Shown: in pieces, positions 49,286-60,665 of the stretch
Layout of the letters: every line of letters begins with the position of its first letter
Position numbering within the stretch: position 1 is the first letter of the stretch
DNA from: Squalus acanthias
Taxonomy: Eukaryota
Length of the DNA: 64,000 nucleotides
Direction: 5' to 3'
Assembly (NCBI GenBank): GCA_030390025.1
Contig: CM059438.1
Span: 70,186,001-70,250,000 of the forward strand
Notes under the pieces: model-generated
Seen by the model: only the letters and a program-made list of their open reading frames with translations
The model's database searches: none
What the model was told of the DNA's origin: nothing
Position numbers and translations under genes: made by a program

Positions 49286-50760
49286 TCATAGGAACATAGG
49301 AATAGGAGTAGGCTATTTAGTCCCTTGAGCCTGTTCTGCCATTCAATGAGAGCATGGCTGATCTGTGACCGAACTCCATATACCCGTCTTTGCCCCAAAG
49401 CCCTTAATACCTTTGGAGAACAGAAATCTATCAATCTCAGATTTAAAATTAACAATTGACCCACTGCTTTTTGTGGAAGAGAGTTCCAAACTTCTACTAC
49501 CCTTTGTGTATAGAAGTGTTTCCTAACTTCACTCCTGAATAGCCTGGCTCTAATTTTTAGGCTACGTCCCCTAGTCCTAGATTCCCCAGCCAGCGGAAAT
49601 AGTTTATCTCTATTTACCCTATCAGTTCCCCTTAATATCTTGGAAGTTTTGATCAAATCATCCCTTAATCTTCTAAATTCCAGGGAATACAATCCTAGTT
49701 TGTGTAATCTCTCCTCGTAATTTAATCCTTGGAGTCCAGGTATCATTCCAGTAAATCTACACTGCACTCCCTCCAAGGCCAAAATATCCTACCTAAGGTG
49801 TGGTGCCCAGAACTGAACATAGTACTCCATGGTTTACATGTATTTCTTGCAGTTTAGTATACTGTATTCGCTGCTCACTTCAATGCGGTCTCCTCTACAC
49901 TGGGGAGACCAAATGCAGGTTGGGTGACCGCTTGGCGGAACACCTCCATTCAGTCCACAAGCGTGACCCCGAGCTTCCAGTTACCTGTCATTTTAATTAT
50001 CCGCCCTACTCCCACTCTGACCTCGACCTCCTACACTGTTCCAATGAAGTTCAACGTAAGCTCGAGGAACAGCACCTCATCTTTCTATTCGGCACTTTAC
50101 AGCCTTCCAGACTCAACATTGAGTTCAACAATTTCAGATCATAACCTCTGTCCCATTCTTTTGGACGGCAGCTGTTGCTGATGGTTTTGATATTCCCATT
50201 TACAACCCCTCTAGACCCATCTTTTGTTTCTTTACTTGTCCCATTACCATCTCCTTTCGCCTTGCACCATCCTCCCTTTTGTCATTTAATCTCTCCTGCT
50301 TTCCACCCCATCACAGACCTTCCTTTTTTGTTCTTTCCTCCCCTCCCCCTTTTCCTTGTCCCTGCACTTGCTTAAAACCTGTTACATCTCTAACTTTTTC
50401 CAGTTCTGATGAAATGTCATCGACCTGAAACGTTAACTCTGTTTCTCTCTGACCTGCTGAGTATTTCCAGCATTTTCTATTTTTATTTCAGATTTCCAGC
50501 ATCTGCAGTATTTTACTGTTGTAATAGCACTCCAGGTGTGGTCTAATCAGGGCTTTGTATAGCTGCAGCATGATTTCTAACTTCTTATATTCTAGTTTTC
50601 TCGATATAAAGGCATGCATTCCTTTAACCTTTTTGATTATTTTTTGTACCTGTCCTTGACATTTTAATGATCTATGTACATGGGCCCCTAAGTCTCTTTG
50701 GACTTCCACTGCTTCTAACTTTTCACCACTTTGAAAATACGCTGATCTATCCTTTCTTGG
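49286..50760 (-). mobile_element. CR1 3' fragment split by a Penelope insertion
   Basis: ORFs 49198-49782 and 50488-50796; the RPHLE-Y motif occurs on both sides of the insertion. Confidence 0.9.
49830..50523 (+). mobile_element. Penelope-like family A nested in CR1; hammerhead at ~50402-50437 with a stem II mismatch
   Basis: LVYCIRCSLQCGLLYTGETKCRLGDRLAEHL. TSD atag(t/c)actcca (49819-49829 and 50524-50534). Confidence 0.88.
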
Positions 50761-51157
50761 CCATGGGTTTACCCCCATTGTCAGGAGAAGATCCATCTAG
50801 ACCACCCAGATGGAAGCTGCATTGCAGGCCTGCACAGGTGGCCTGAGAGATTAGCACCCAGAGCCAGACCTCAACATAGCGGAAGCAATGTGTCAATGAT
50901 GCACACTGTTATTGCCATTGACAGGAACTTCCTACTCCAGGAGGCTTTTGGTGCTTGAGGTGGGAAAATCATCAGGTCTCCAACTAGTCGGCTACCTGCC
51001 TCCCCCTTTCAAATAATTGGCTAACTGGAGAAGAATTGTTCTCTTTCTCCCTCCAAAAAAAAGGGGAAGACAGACTGTGAGAATCAGACATTTGAATTTG
51101 TGTCTCCTTTTTGAGAGTCTATGCTCTAACATTGTAGGAGTTGGGTTTCATGGACTA

Positions 51158-51435
51158 AGAAAAAGAAAGACTTGCATTTATATAGCACCTTTCACGACCA
51201 CCGGATGTCTAAAAGTGCTTTACAGCCAATAAAGTATTTTTGAAGTGGAGTCACTGTTGCCAATTTGCGCACAGCAAGCTCCCACAATCAGCAATTTGAT
51301 AATGACCAGATAATCTGTTTTTGTTATGTTGGTTGAGGGATAAATATTGGCCAGGACACCGGGGATAACTCTCCTGCTCTTCTTCGAAATAGTGCCATGG
51401 GATCTTTTACGTCCACCTGAGAGAGCAGACGGAGA
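51158..51435 (-). mobile_element. Deu-like SINE, 5'-truncated
   Basis: Reverse complement of 11360-11618. Confidence 0.85.
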
Positions 51436-52072
51436 TGAGATTCAATGTTATGTTATTCATGGTACCTATGGGTTTCATACTGTGCTGTTAAAGATGCAGG
51501 TCTTTTGACCTCCACTCCTGGTTCTGATGAGTTCCTCTCAAATGCGAAAATAAAGAGATCTTGACATGTTAATTTTGAGGCAATGAATTGACTTTTGTTG
51601 CCAGTTATGCAAGCATTCGATTTAATAGAATTCTGTACCAAAGGGAACGCAGTGTCAGACAAATTGATAAAAGGTTTAGACAGCTATAAGCTATTTAGGT
51701 AAAATAAGTTGGATGTTTTTCAAGCAAGCACAGGAGTCCTATTGTAATGATGCACATGAATAACTACTGGAAAGTGTGTATTGAAAACAATGAAGTCTAA
51801 GATGAATAAGTTCATGGATTCAATGGTTTGAATTTCTTATTCTGACAGCCCTAACAGGGAAAATTCCCGAATGTTATATTTAAATTGGGGTACATTAATA
51901 TATTGTGAGGATGAACAATTTGAAGACGTGTCAAGTCATCCTGAGTTTAACGATTAGACACATATCATACTGTCAAAATCCACTGACCCAAAAATAAAAT
52001 TTGAACTGCAAAGGGAAATACACTCCCGATTTCAGATGATCCAGTGACGATCTGGGGGAGGGGAGACATGCT

Positions 52073-52223
52073 GGGGTGGAAATTTATCTTGGGCGCTGGT
52101 TTTACGCACTACCCGATCATTTCCATTGAAATCAATGGACACGAAAATCGGGCGGTGAATAAAATGGGCGACCGATCCGCAACCACCCAATTGGCGCTGC
52201 CACCCCAAAAGAGATTTCACCCC
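52073..52223. mobile_element. Short MITE with central palindrome
   Basis: Ends ggggtggaaatt / gatttcacccc; internal tccattga-aa-tcaatgga. Confidence 0.65.
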
Positions 52224-52268
52224 AACGTCTCGTAATGCTGAGTAAAACCAACGGAAAGTAAACATTAA

Positions 52269-52871
52269 GGGGGCGAAATTCGGTTACGCCCTGTTTGGGG
52301 GTGGTAACTGAATTATCGCCGGAGATTTAGCGCCCGGCGCGGAAGTACCACCCCGGCCACAGCTGAATTTCTAATGGTCCACACTAGCCCACCAGGGCGG
52401 CATGGTGCTGTGGCTGCAGCCCGGCACCGAGATGTGGTGCTGGGCTGCACTGCACGATGGCGGCCACGGACCACGCCAAAGACCGCCACGGAAAAAGAAT
52501 GAAATGGCAGCGCGGGTTATGGCTGCGCCCCCCTTTAATTAGCGGCCCGCGAGCGGAGGTCGGCCCGGCTCGTGACCCGCGAGGCTGGCGCTGACATCGC
52601 CTGCGGCAGCCTCGCGGGGTGCAACCGAATTTCTGCCGTGGGGTAGTCAGGGGTTGCGGCGGGGCGCTAAGGGATCGCGGCGCATGGCGATGACGTCATC
52701 GCCGGCGACACAGCAGCCCGGGGCGCTACCGGCTAGCGCCTCATTGCGCTCCACCAAATTTCTTGGAAAGCGCTATTAGCACCCCTGCCCGGGCGATAAG
52801 CCCTTTGCGTGCCGTTACCGCCCCCCCCGGAGGCGCTAATGGCAGGTGCAAAGGAGCCGAATTTGACGGCC
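52269..52871 (+). mobile_element. CpG-rich MITE group M
   Basis: Ends gggggcgaaattcgg / ccgaatttgacggcc; TSD taa (52266-68 and 52872-74), the canonical PIF/Harbinger TWA target. Confidence 0.82.
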
Positions 52872-52979
52872 TAATTTTTTTCGTTGTTACTGAGTAGTTA
52901 TTTTTGGAGTGAGGAAAGACTTTGGCAACTTTATTGTGTGGTGAGGGTAAAAGGAGGTCTAGTCCTTAAAGCTTTGTCT

Positions 52980-54307
52980 GAAAGTATCGCCAAGTGAAAA
53001 AGATTTGCTGCTGCCGGAAACTTCTGCTTTAGCGCTCCAAGAGGGAAGTGGAGCACTAAATCAAACGCTACCACTTCCCTTAGAGCGCTAAAGGGAGTGA
53101 GAGGGGCGGTATCGGCAGAGCACTGAGCAATGTTCGGGGCAGCGCTGCCGTCTTTACAGGCTCCTTCCCTCCCTTAAAGGGAAGGGCCAATGCTGTGTTG
53201 AATGAATCTTCAGGCTGTGTCTGTTGGGCGACGGCACCTGCGCAACGCGCATAGCAGCCCCAAGCACTCTAAGAGAGAGCAGGGCTGAGCAATCATGGGG
53301 GCAAAAGAAAGCAGGAGGCACCAGAATGGGGACATAAATAAATTTTGCCCCACCTGTAAGATTAGGATCACAGGCCACACACAGATTACCCACAGGGTTT
53401 TAGGAGTTGCAAGGCTTTTATTAAAGAGCTATAGTTTTAAAGCATAATCAGATATTACATATGGTTTAAGCTGAGTATAATAGACATGCAACCCGTGACA
53501 GTAGAGAGCGATCTACGACTCCCGAATCGGAATGCCACGACCGGACGGACGGGGAGGCAGTGCGGTGGTCTCGGATTGGGTGGATTCCTGCAGTCTGCTG
53601 CAGCGGTCACTTCCGTTGGGTCATCCCTCGAGCTGTTGGAGGTGTTAGGCCGTCAGCCACCTCAGAGGCTAAACTTGACCAAGGTGTTAGGCCGTAGCCA
53701 CCTCGGGGAAGCCTTCGTCCCTAACTGCCTGATTTCCTCTCTCGGTCGTCTATATTTATAGTTATTTCGGTGGGCTGGTCATCACCTGGTGTCAATCATT
53801 TGATCCCCCATCCTATTGTCCAATTGTGAAGCGGAAAGGCATCCCTCGCCGTCCCTTTCTGCATGGCTGACGAGGCCTCCCTCTTATCTTTCTGAGGAAT
53901 GTTTTGTTATGTTTCTTTCAGGACATTTTATGACTTTTCGGCTTCATTTTTGTCTATTATCCCACCACCCTGTGTTGTTTTGCATTTTACGATTCCCTTA
54001 TCACTTCTATTTGTCTTTTGATGCTTGTTATTCGACCTTGCTGCCATTTCTGCTATCTGTTCCCGGCTGAATGTTGTCAGTTTCTGTTCTAAGAATTAAA
54101 ACCCATCTTTGAATCTAACAGCTATTTCTTACATACCTGACCACCTGACCACCACTGCCTTTAAATAGGGCTCCCCAAGCGGTCAGCCAAGGTGACAACG
54201 CCTCCTGCAGCTGCCGTTGTTGACGCCTTGCGATGCTGCAGGGGGCGGGAGTGAATATCACTTCCAGGGCGCTAACGGGATGCGCAAACCAGGGGAATTT
54301 CTCCCCC
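52980..54307 (+). mobile_element. MITE group M copy split by a ~720-bp insertion
   Basis: 53025-53300 is the reverse complement of ~20500-20755; right end ggaatttctccccc. Confidence 0.65.
53398..54120 (-). mobile_element. Possible solo LTR
   Basis: Minus strand begins TGTTAGA, has TATAAATA (~53753-53760) and AATAAA (~53417-53422) about 20 nt before a degenerate ...ctaa(a)a end. No TSD found. Confidence 0.45.
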
Positions 54308-55291
54308 GATGACCCTTGCTGTCTTGTGATAATGGCTGAATTAAGGAGTGAGGGTTACCAATTGTAACCAAATGTCATCTTTCTTTCTTTCTTTCCTTCT
54401 CGACATACATATATATATATAATGTATTTTATTTAGGGATCTCTTCATATAAAACAAACATGATGTCTGAAGTGTGTTCAACAAAAATCAATTCTAAAAG
54501 CTTCATATTTGTCATGCAGGCAGATTTCTGTGCCATAGTTGCACCTGATTGGTTTCAGTTGCAAAAAGTACCAATCAAGCACTACGATGGATATAGGAAG
54601 CCTTCCAGTCAAACACGGCAGTAAGTAAACAGTTACAAATAATAATAGTAAGGAGGAGAATAGGAACCAATGAAATTACTCAAAATATTTCTGAAGCTCT
54701 TGTAAGGACTTCTCAATTCACCTTAGGTTTTGTACTGGAAATAAAGCATCTAACGTAGCCCCGTCCCTCCCCCTTGTCCAGTGATAGGAATGGCCTGGCA
54801 GCACTAAAAGTGAGACCTGTGAATTTTTGGACGTCAAAACAAAGTAAAGCGTGATCCTTTTGCGCTAACTCTGGATTGGAAGTGGTGCAACTAAAAATAT
54901 ATCAGGGCTTGTCTATTTATTCAGCTGCAGCACATTTAGTATTTTATAATTGCAGTTATGTGAGGGGGATTAAAAAAAAATGAATTACCTGCAGCGGGTC
55001 AGGAAAAACCTTATTTCTTTCTTTACTAGCTGATCTCCCATGGCTCTGGCCACAGTGACTCAGAGGACATTACAAAGTGTGATGTGTGAAACTAAGAGGA
55101 AGTGTGTCCTATAGAGAAGACTTTTTACATACAATGAGGGAGAAAGTTTTGTTTTAAACAGGGGAGCAGAAGCAGAATATGATGGAGTCTCCCACAGATT
55201 TTGATGACGAGTGGAATCAAGAGAGCTGTAAATATTTTTAGAATTGGATAGGGGCTGAAGAAGCAGGGTAGGAGTTAGAAGCAGGTATTTT

Positions 55292-55305
55292 AATATATAT
55301 ATATA

Positions 55306-55340
<35 letters not shown>
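55292..55340. repeat. (TA)n microsatellite, interrupted
   Basis: Direct observation. Confidence 0.95.
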
Positions 55341-55345
<5 letters not shown>

Positions 55346-56065
55346 AATACATAGAAAATTAAACTAAATTAAAGGGAAGATAAATTTAAAGATAAAACTT
55401 GCCTGCAGAGTAGGCAAACTGAAATGGGAAAAAAAATGGCGTGTGGACTGGGATGACTCGTGCCACAGCACCCCTAGTGGTGGATGGAGTGAGAGGCAAT
55501 GAAAGGTAAGTATGATGTTTATTTTAACAAGTCCTACAGTGTTACATGTTAAAAGTAATAAAACCAAGTCTTACATTTTAGGCATGACTTTACTAAATGT
55601 CAATTGTGACAGTTGGAATTAGACTTGACAGACATGGAGTCTCAAGAATTTGAATATATTACAAACATATTCCATTTACTTATTTTGTCTGGAAACAACA
55701 CCATGGGAGGCTCATATCGATAAAAGCCTTGTGTCCAGCATTTGATCATCGCAAACAAAATTTAATTTCCTTGGAATCAGTCAGAAACACTTACTTCACT
55801 GTCTCTGAGTACCTCTTTCAAGTTTCTTTCAGCAGCATTCCCGACTCATTGAGAACTATGGCACAGGAGGCCCACTAGTGGAGAGAAATAAATGTTGAAA
55901 AGAACAGCATTCATTCTAAATAAAATTGAACCATGAAGTTACTGTTGCTTAACGAGAAATAATGGCAATTAATTTTACTCTTAAGATATGCGCAGTACAG
56001 TATGGTCAGGGAAAGTCATGTTTTAGAGATGAACTTCCCAATGGCCCTGAGGGTAAAAGTGCAAC

Positions 56066-56828
56066 TTCTTCTTAGGCAGTCCCTGGGAACCGAGAATGAC
56101 TTGCTTCCACATTAAAAATGAGTTCTCAGGTGACTGATGAGTCCAATGCAGGACTTACAGTCTCTGTCACAGGTGGGGCAGATGGTGGTTGAAGGGGCGG
56201 GTGGGTGGGGTGCTTGGGTTAACGTGCGCTCCTTCCGCTGTTTGCGCTTGGCTTCCACTTGCTCCCGGCGAAGAGACTCGAGGTATTCGGCGTCTTCCCG
56301 GATGCTTCTCCTCCACTTTGTACGGTGTTGGGCCAGGGATTCCCAGGTGTCGGTGGGGATGTTGCACTTTTTCAAGGAGGCTTTGAGGGTGTCCTTGAAG
56401 CGTTTCCTCTGCCCACCTGGGGCTCTCTTGCCGTGTCGGAGCTCCAAGTAGAGCGCTTGTTTTGGGAGTCTCGTATCGGGCATGCGGACGATGTGACCCG
56501 TCTATCGGAGCTGATCGAGCGTGGTCAAAGCTTCGATGCTGGGGATATTGGCCTGAGCGAGAACACTGACGTTGGTGCGCCTATCCTGCCAATGGATTTG
56601 CAGGATCTTGTGGAGGCAGCGTTGGTGGTACCTCTCCAGTGCTTTGAGGTGCCTGCTGTACATGGTCCATGTCTCTGAGGCATACAGGAGGGCGGGTATT
56701 ACTACTGCTCTGTAGACCATGAGCTTGGTGCCGGGTTTGAGGTCCTGGTCTTCAAACACTCTCTTCCTCAGGCGACCGAAGGCTGCACTGGCACACTGAA
56801 GGCAGTGTTGGACTTCGTCATCAACGAA
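56066..56828 (-). mobile_element. RTE-clade (BovB-like) LINE 3' fragment
   Basis: LYASETWT...QLR*TGHIVRMPDTRLPKQ...GKRAPGGQRKRFKDTLK...CPTC...HLRTH; (aag)n tail; perfect 14-bp TSD ggtaaaagtgcaac (56052-56065 and 56829-56842). Confidence 0.92.
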
Positions 56829-57019
56829 GGTAAAAGTGCAACACAGACATACATAGCAGAAGGTCCCAGGTTTGATTCTTAGTCAGTGCTAAATTTTCAG
56901 ATCTCAGCCACGACAACAACTGAAGGATTACAATTGGCCTCACTACAACTAAAGAGGTATAGGACAGCATAAAACTAAAAGGGACCAAGTGTACTGTAGC
57001 CAAATTTGCTGACGATACA

Positions 57020-58643
57020 TAAGAACATAAGAAATAGGAACAGGAGTAGGCCATTTGGCCCCTCGAGCCTGCTCCACCATTCAATAAGATCATGGCTGAT
57101 CTTCTACCTCATCTTCACTTTCCTGTACTATCCCCATATCCCTTGATTCCTTAATATTCAAAAATCTATCAATCTCTGTATTGAATATACTCAACGACTG
57201 AGCCTCCACAGCCCTCTGGAGTGCAGAATTCCAAAGATTCACCACTTTCTGAGTGAAGAAATTTCTCCTCATCTCAGTCCTAAATGGCCGACCCCTTATT
57301 CTGAGACTGTGACCCCTGGTTCTAGACTCCCCAGCCAGGGAAAACATCCTCCCTGCATCTACCCTGTCAAGCCCTGTAAGAATTTTGTATGTTTCAATGA
57401 GATCACCTGTCATTCTTCAAAACTCTAGAGAATATAGGCCTAGTCTACTCAATCTCTCATCATAGGACAATCCGCCCATCCCAAGAATCAGTTTGGTGAA
57501 CCTTCATTGCACTCCCTCTATGGCAAGTATATCCTTCATTAGGTAAGGAGACCAAAACTGTACACAATACTCCAGGTGTGGTCTCACCAGGGCCCTATAT
57601 ATTTGCAGTAAGACGTCTTTACTCTTACACTCAAATCCTCTTGTAATAAAGGCCAACATACCATTTGCTTTCCTAATTGCTTGCTGTACCTGCATGTTAA
57701 CTTTCAGTGATTCATGTACAAGGACAGCCAGGTCCCTCTGAACACCAACATTTCCCAATCTGTCACCATTTAAAACATACTCTGCTTTTCTATTTTTCCT
57801 ACCAAAGTGGATAACTTCACATTTCTCCACATGATATTCCATTTGCCATGTTCTTGCCCACTCACTTAGCCTGTCTATATCCCCTTGGAGCCTCCTTGCA
57901 TCCTCCTCACAACCTACATTCCTACCTAGTTTTGTATCATCAGCAAACTTGGATATATTACATTTGGTCCCCTCATCCAAATCATTATGTAGATTGTAAA
58001 TAGCTGAGGCCCAAGCACTGATCCTTGCGGTACCCCACTAGTTACAGCCTGCCAACCTGAAAATGACCCGTCTTTCCTACTCTCTGTTTTCTGTCCATAT
58101 CCATGCTTGTATATTACCCCTACTCCCATGAGCCCTACTTTTGTTTAATAACCTCTTGTGTAGCACCTTATCAAATGCCTTCTGAAAATCCAAATACACC
58201 ACATCCAACCTCAAAAAACTCCAACAGATTTGTCAAACACGATTTCCCTTTCATAAATCCGTGTTGACTCTGCCCAATCCTATTATTATTTTCTAAGTGT
58301 CCTGTTAGCACATCCTTGATAATAGATTCTAGCATTTTCCCTACTACTGGTGTCAGGCTAACTGGTCTGTAGTTCCCCGTTTTCTCTCTCCCTCCTTTCT
58401 TAAATAGTGGGGTTACATTTGCTACCTTCCAATCCGCGGGAACCATTCTACAATCTATGGAATTTTGGAAAATGACAACCAATGCATCCACTATCTCTAT
58501 AGCCACCTCTTTCAAAACACTAGGATGTAGGCCATCAGGTCATGGGGATTTATCGGCTTTCAGTCCCATTAATTTCTCCATACTACTTTTTTTACTAATA
58601 CTGATTTCTTTCAGTTCTTCATTCTTGCCGGACCCCTGGTTCA
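57020..58643 (-). mobile_element. CR1 RT-region fragment nested in the + strand CR1
   Basis: ORFs 57090-57413, 57504-57980 and 58171-58515; tail reads ataagaacataagaaat on the + strand. Confidence 0.93.
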
Positions 58644-58684
58644 ACAAAGATAGGTGGGAAAGCAAGTTGTGAGGAGGACACAAA

Positions 58685-59932
58685 GGCCCAGATATTCCGA
58701 TGCCTACGGGTGTGTACGCGCTGTGTACCCACCCGTAGGGACATCGGAAATGCCGGTTTCAGGCATGCACAGTGCATGTGCTGAAAACCGGCATTTACAA
58801 TCTGTCAAGAATGGTCTTGACAGATCCTCCACCTGCCCTGGAGAAGGGCCTTTGCGGGCGGATAGTTCCGCTTTTTGGAGACCCTCCGCCTGCAGAAAAC
58901 CCTTACAATTCTTACGCCTGGTAAAAGCAGGCGTAAGGCCTGCTTTTACCAGGATAAGAGTTGAAAAAAGTAAAACAAAAATGTTTATTTCACTGATTTA
59001 TCATTTAAAAGTACTTTAAAAAAAGGTAAGTTTATTTTTAGCCCAGTAAAAAACTTTAATTATTTTTTTCAAAAAATTTAATTTTTGTTCAAAATACTTA
59101 ATTTATTGTAATTTCAAGTCATTTTAAAAATGTGATTTTTTTTTTAATTAATTTACTTAAAGTTTTACTATGTTTTTTCATTGATCTCCATTCATATATT
59201 TGACAGGTCTTCTTGTCAAATGTATGAAGAGAGATTCCCTTCTGTGATAGGCTCCCCATGGCCCACGTGATCCCAGGGATGCTGCGAACTACATGCACCC
59301 TTGGGATACGTGGGCCCTGCGCACTTCAAGTTTGGTGAGGCCCAGCATCGGAATTGTGTGCGTCCCGGGAGCCCTCAGGTAAGGGCATAGATTGGTCCAG
59401 ATCGCAGGCCTCCGCCCACGGGAGGCCTGCGATCGGAAAATATGGGCCAATGAGTCTGCAAAGGGTTTTCGATAGGTTAAAATTCCACGAATGTACCTGG
59501 AGGCCTGGGCGATACGGAGGCTTGCGATCTTGGGCCTCTCTGGGTCCGCGCGGGCAGAGGTCCCCATATCCCAGGGACGCAGGCAGTTCGTAGGCACCCC
59601 TGACATCACGTGGGCCAGACCAACCAATAATAAAAGGGAATCCCCATTCATACTTGTTGGATTTCGTACATACAGAACTCCAATAATGATGAATGGGGAT
59701 CACTTAAAAAATACAGCACCACGTGAAATAATTTTTTTTTAAATTACGTATTTTACCAGGCGTAAGAATTTGACAGGCATTCAGTGTGCGGAGTTGTGTA
59801 AATTGCACAGCTCTCCACCCGTGGAGGCCCATCTCCCGGGGATGCGGAGGATGCGTAAACCCGGCACTTGCGCGGCCCCTATGGGCGTGTACACACCTCG
59901 TACGCACCCGTAGGGGTCGTAAAATACGGCCC
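58685..59932 (+). mobile_element. MITE group Q, ~1.25 kb
   Basis: ~34-bp imperfect TIRs: ggcccagatattccgatgcctacgggtgtgtacg versus the reverse complement of the right end, gggccgtattttacgacccctacgggtgcgtacg. Confidence 0.8.
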
Positions 59933-60665
59933 ATTATATTAATGGAGAGAGACTACAGAATGCTGCGGTACAGAGGGATCTGGGTGTCCTCGTACATGAA
60001 TCACAAAAAGTTAGCATGCAGGCAGAGCAAGTAATTAGGAAGGCAAATGGAATGTTGGCCTTTATTGCAAGGGGGATGGAGTATAAAAGTAGGGAAGTCT
60101 TGCTACAAATGTACAGGGTGTTGGTGAGACCACACCTAGAGTATTGCGTACAGTTTTGGTCTCCTCATTTAAGGAGGGATATACTTGCAATTCAGAGAAG
60201 GTTCACTGGGTTGATTCCTGGGATGAAGGGGTTGTCTTATGAGGAAAGGTTGAGCAGGTTGGGCCTATACTCATTGGAGTTTAGAAGAAAGAGGTGATCT
60301 TATGGAAACATATAAGATTCTGAGGGGGCTTGACAGAATAGATGCTGAGAGGATATTTCTCGTCGTGGGGAAATCTAGAACTAGGGGGCATAGTTTCAGA
60401 ATAAGGTGTCGCCCGTTTAAGACGGAGATGAGGAGGAATTTAATCTCTCAGAGGGTTGTGAATCTTTGGAATTCTCTCTCCAGAGAGCTGTGGAGGCTTA
60501 GTCATTGAATATATTCAAGGCTGAGATAGACAGATTTTTGAACTATAAGAGAGTCAAGGGTTATGGGGAACAGGCAGAAAAGTGGAGTTGAGGCCAAGAT
60601 CAGATCAGCCATGATCTTATTGAATGGCCGACTCCTGCTCCCATTTCTTATGTTCTTATTCTTAT

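Larger units (their letters stand above)
56978..60660 (+). mobile_element. CR1 3' fragment (host) interrupted by an antisense CR1 and a MITE
   Basis: KGTKCTVAKFADDT at 56978-57019 continues as KIGGKASCEEDT at ~58644-58684, then resumes at 59933 and runs to the tail at ~60660. Confidence 0.8.

Noticed and set aside
55468..55485. CTCF-like site (ccactaggggtgc on the minus strand)
   Set aside because: Imperfect match at core positions; expected by chance in 64 kb.
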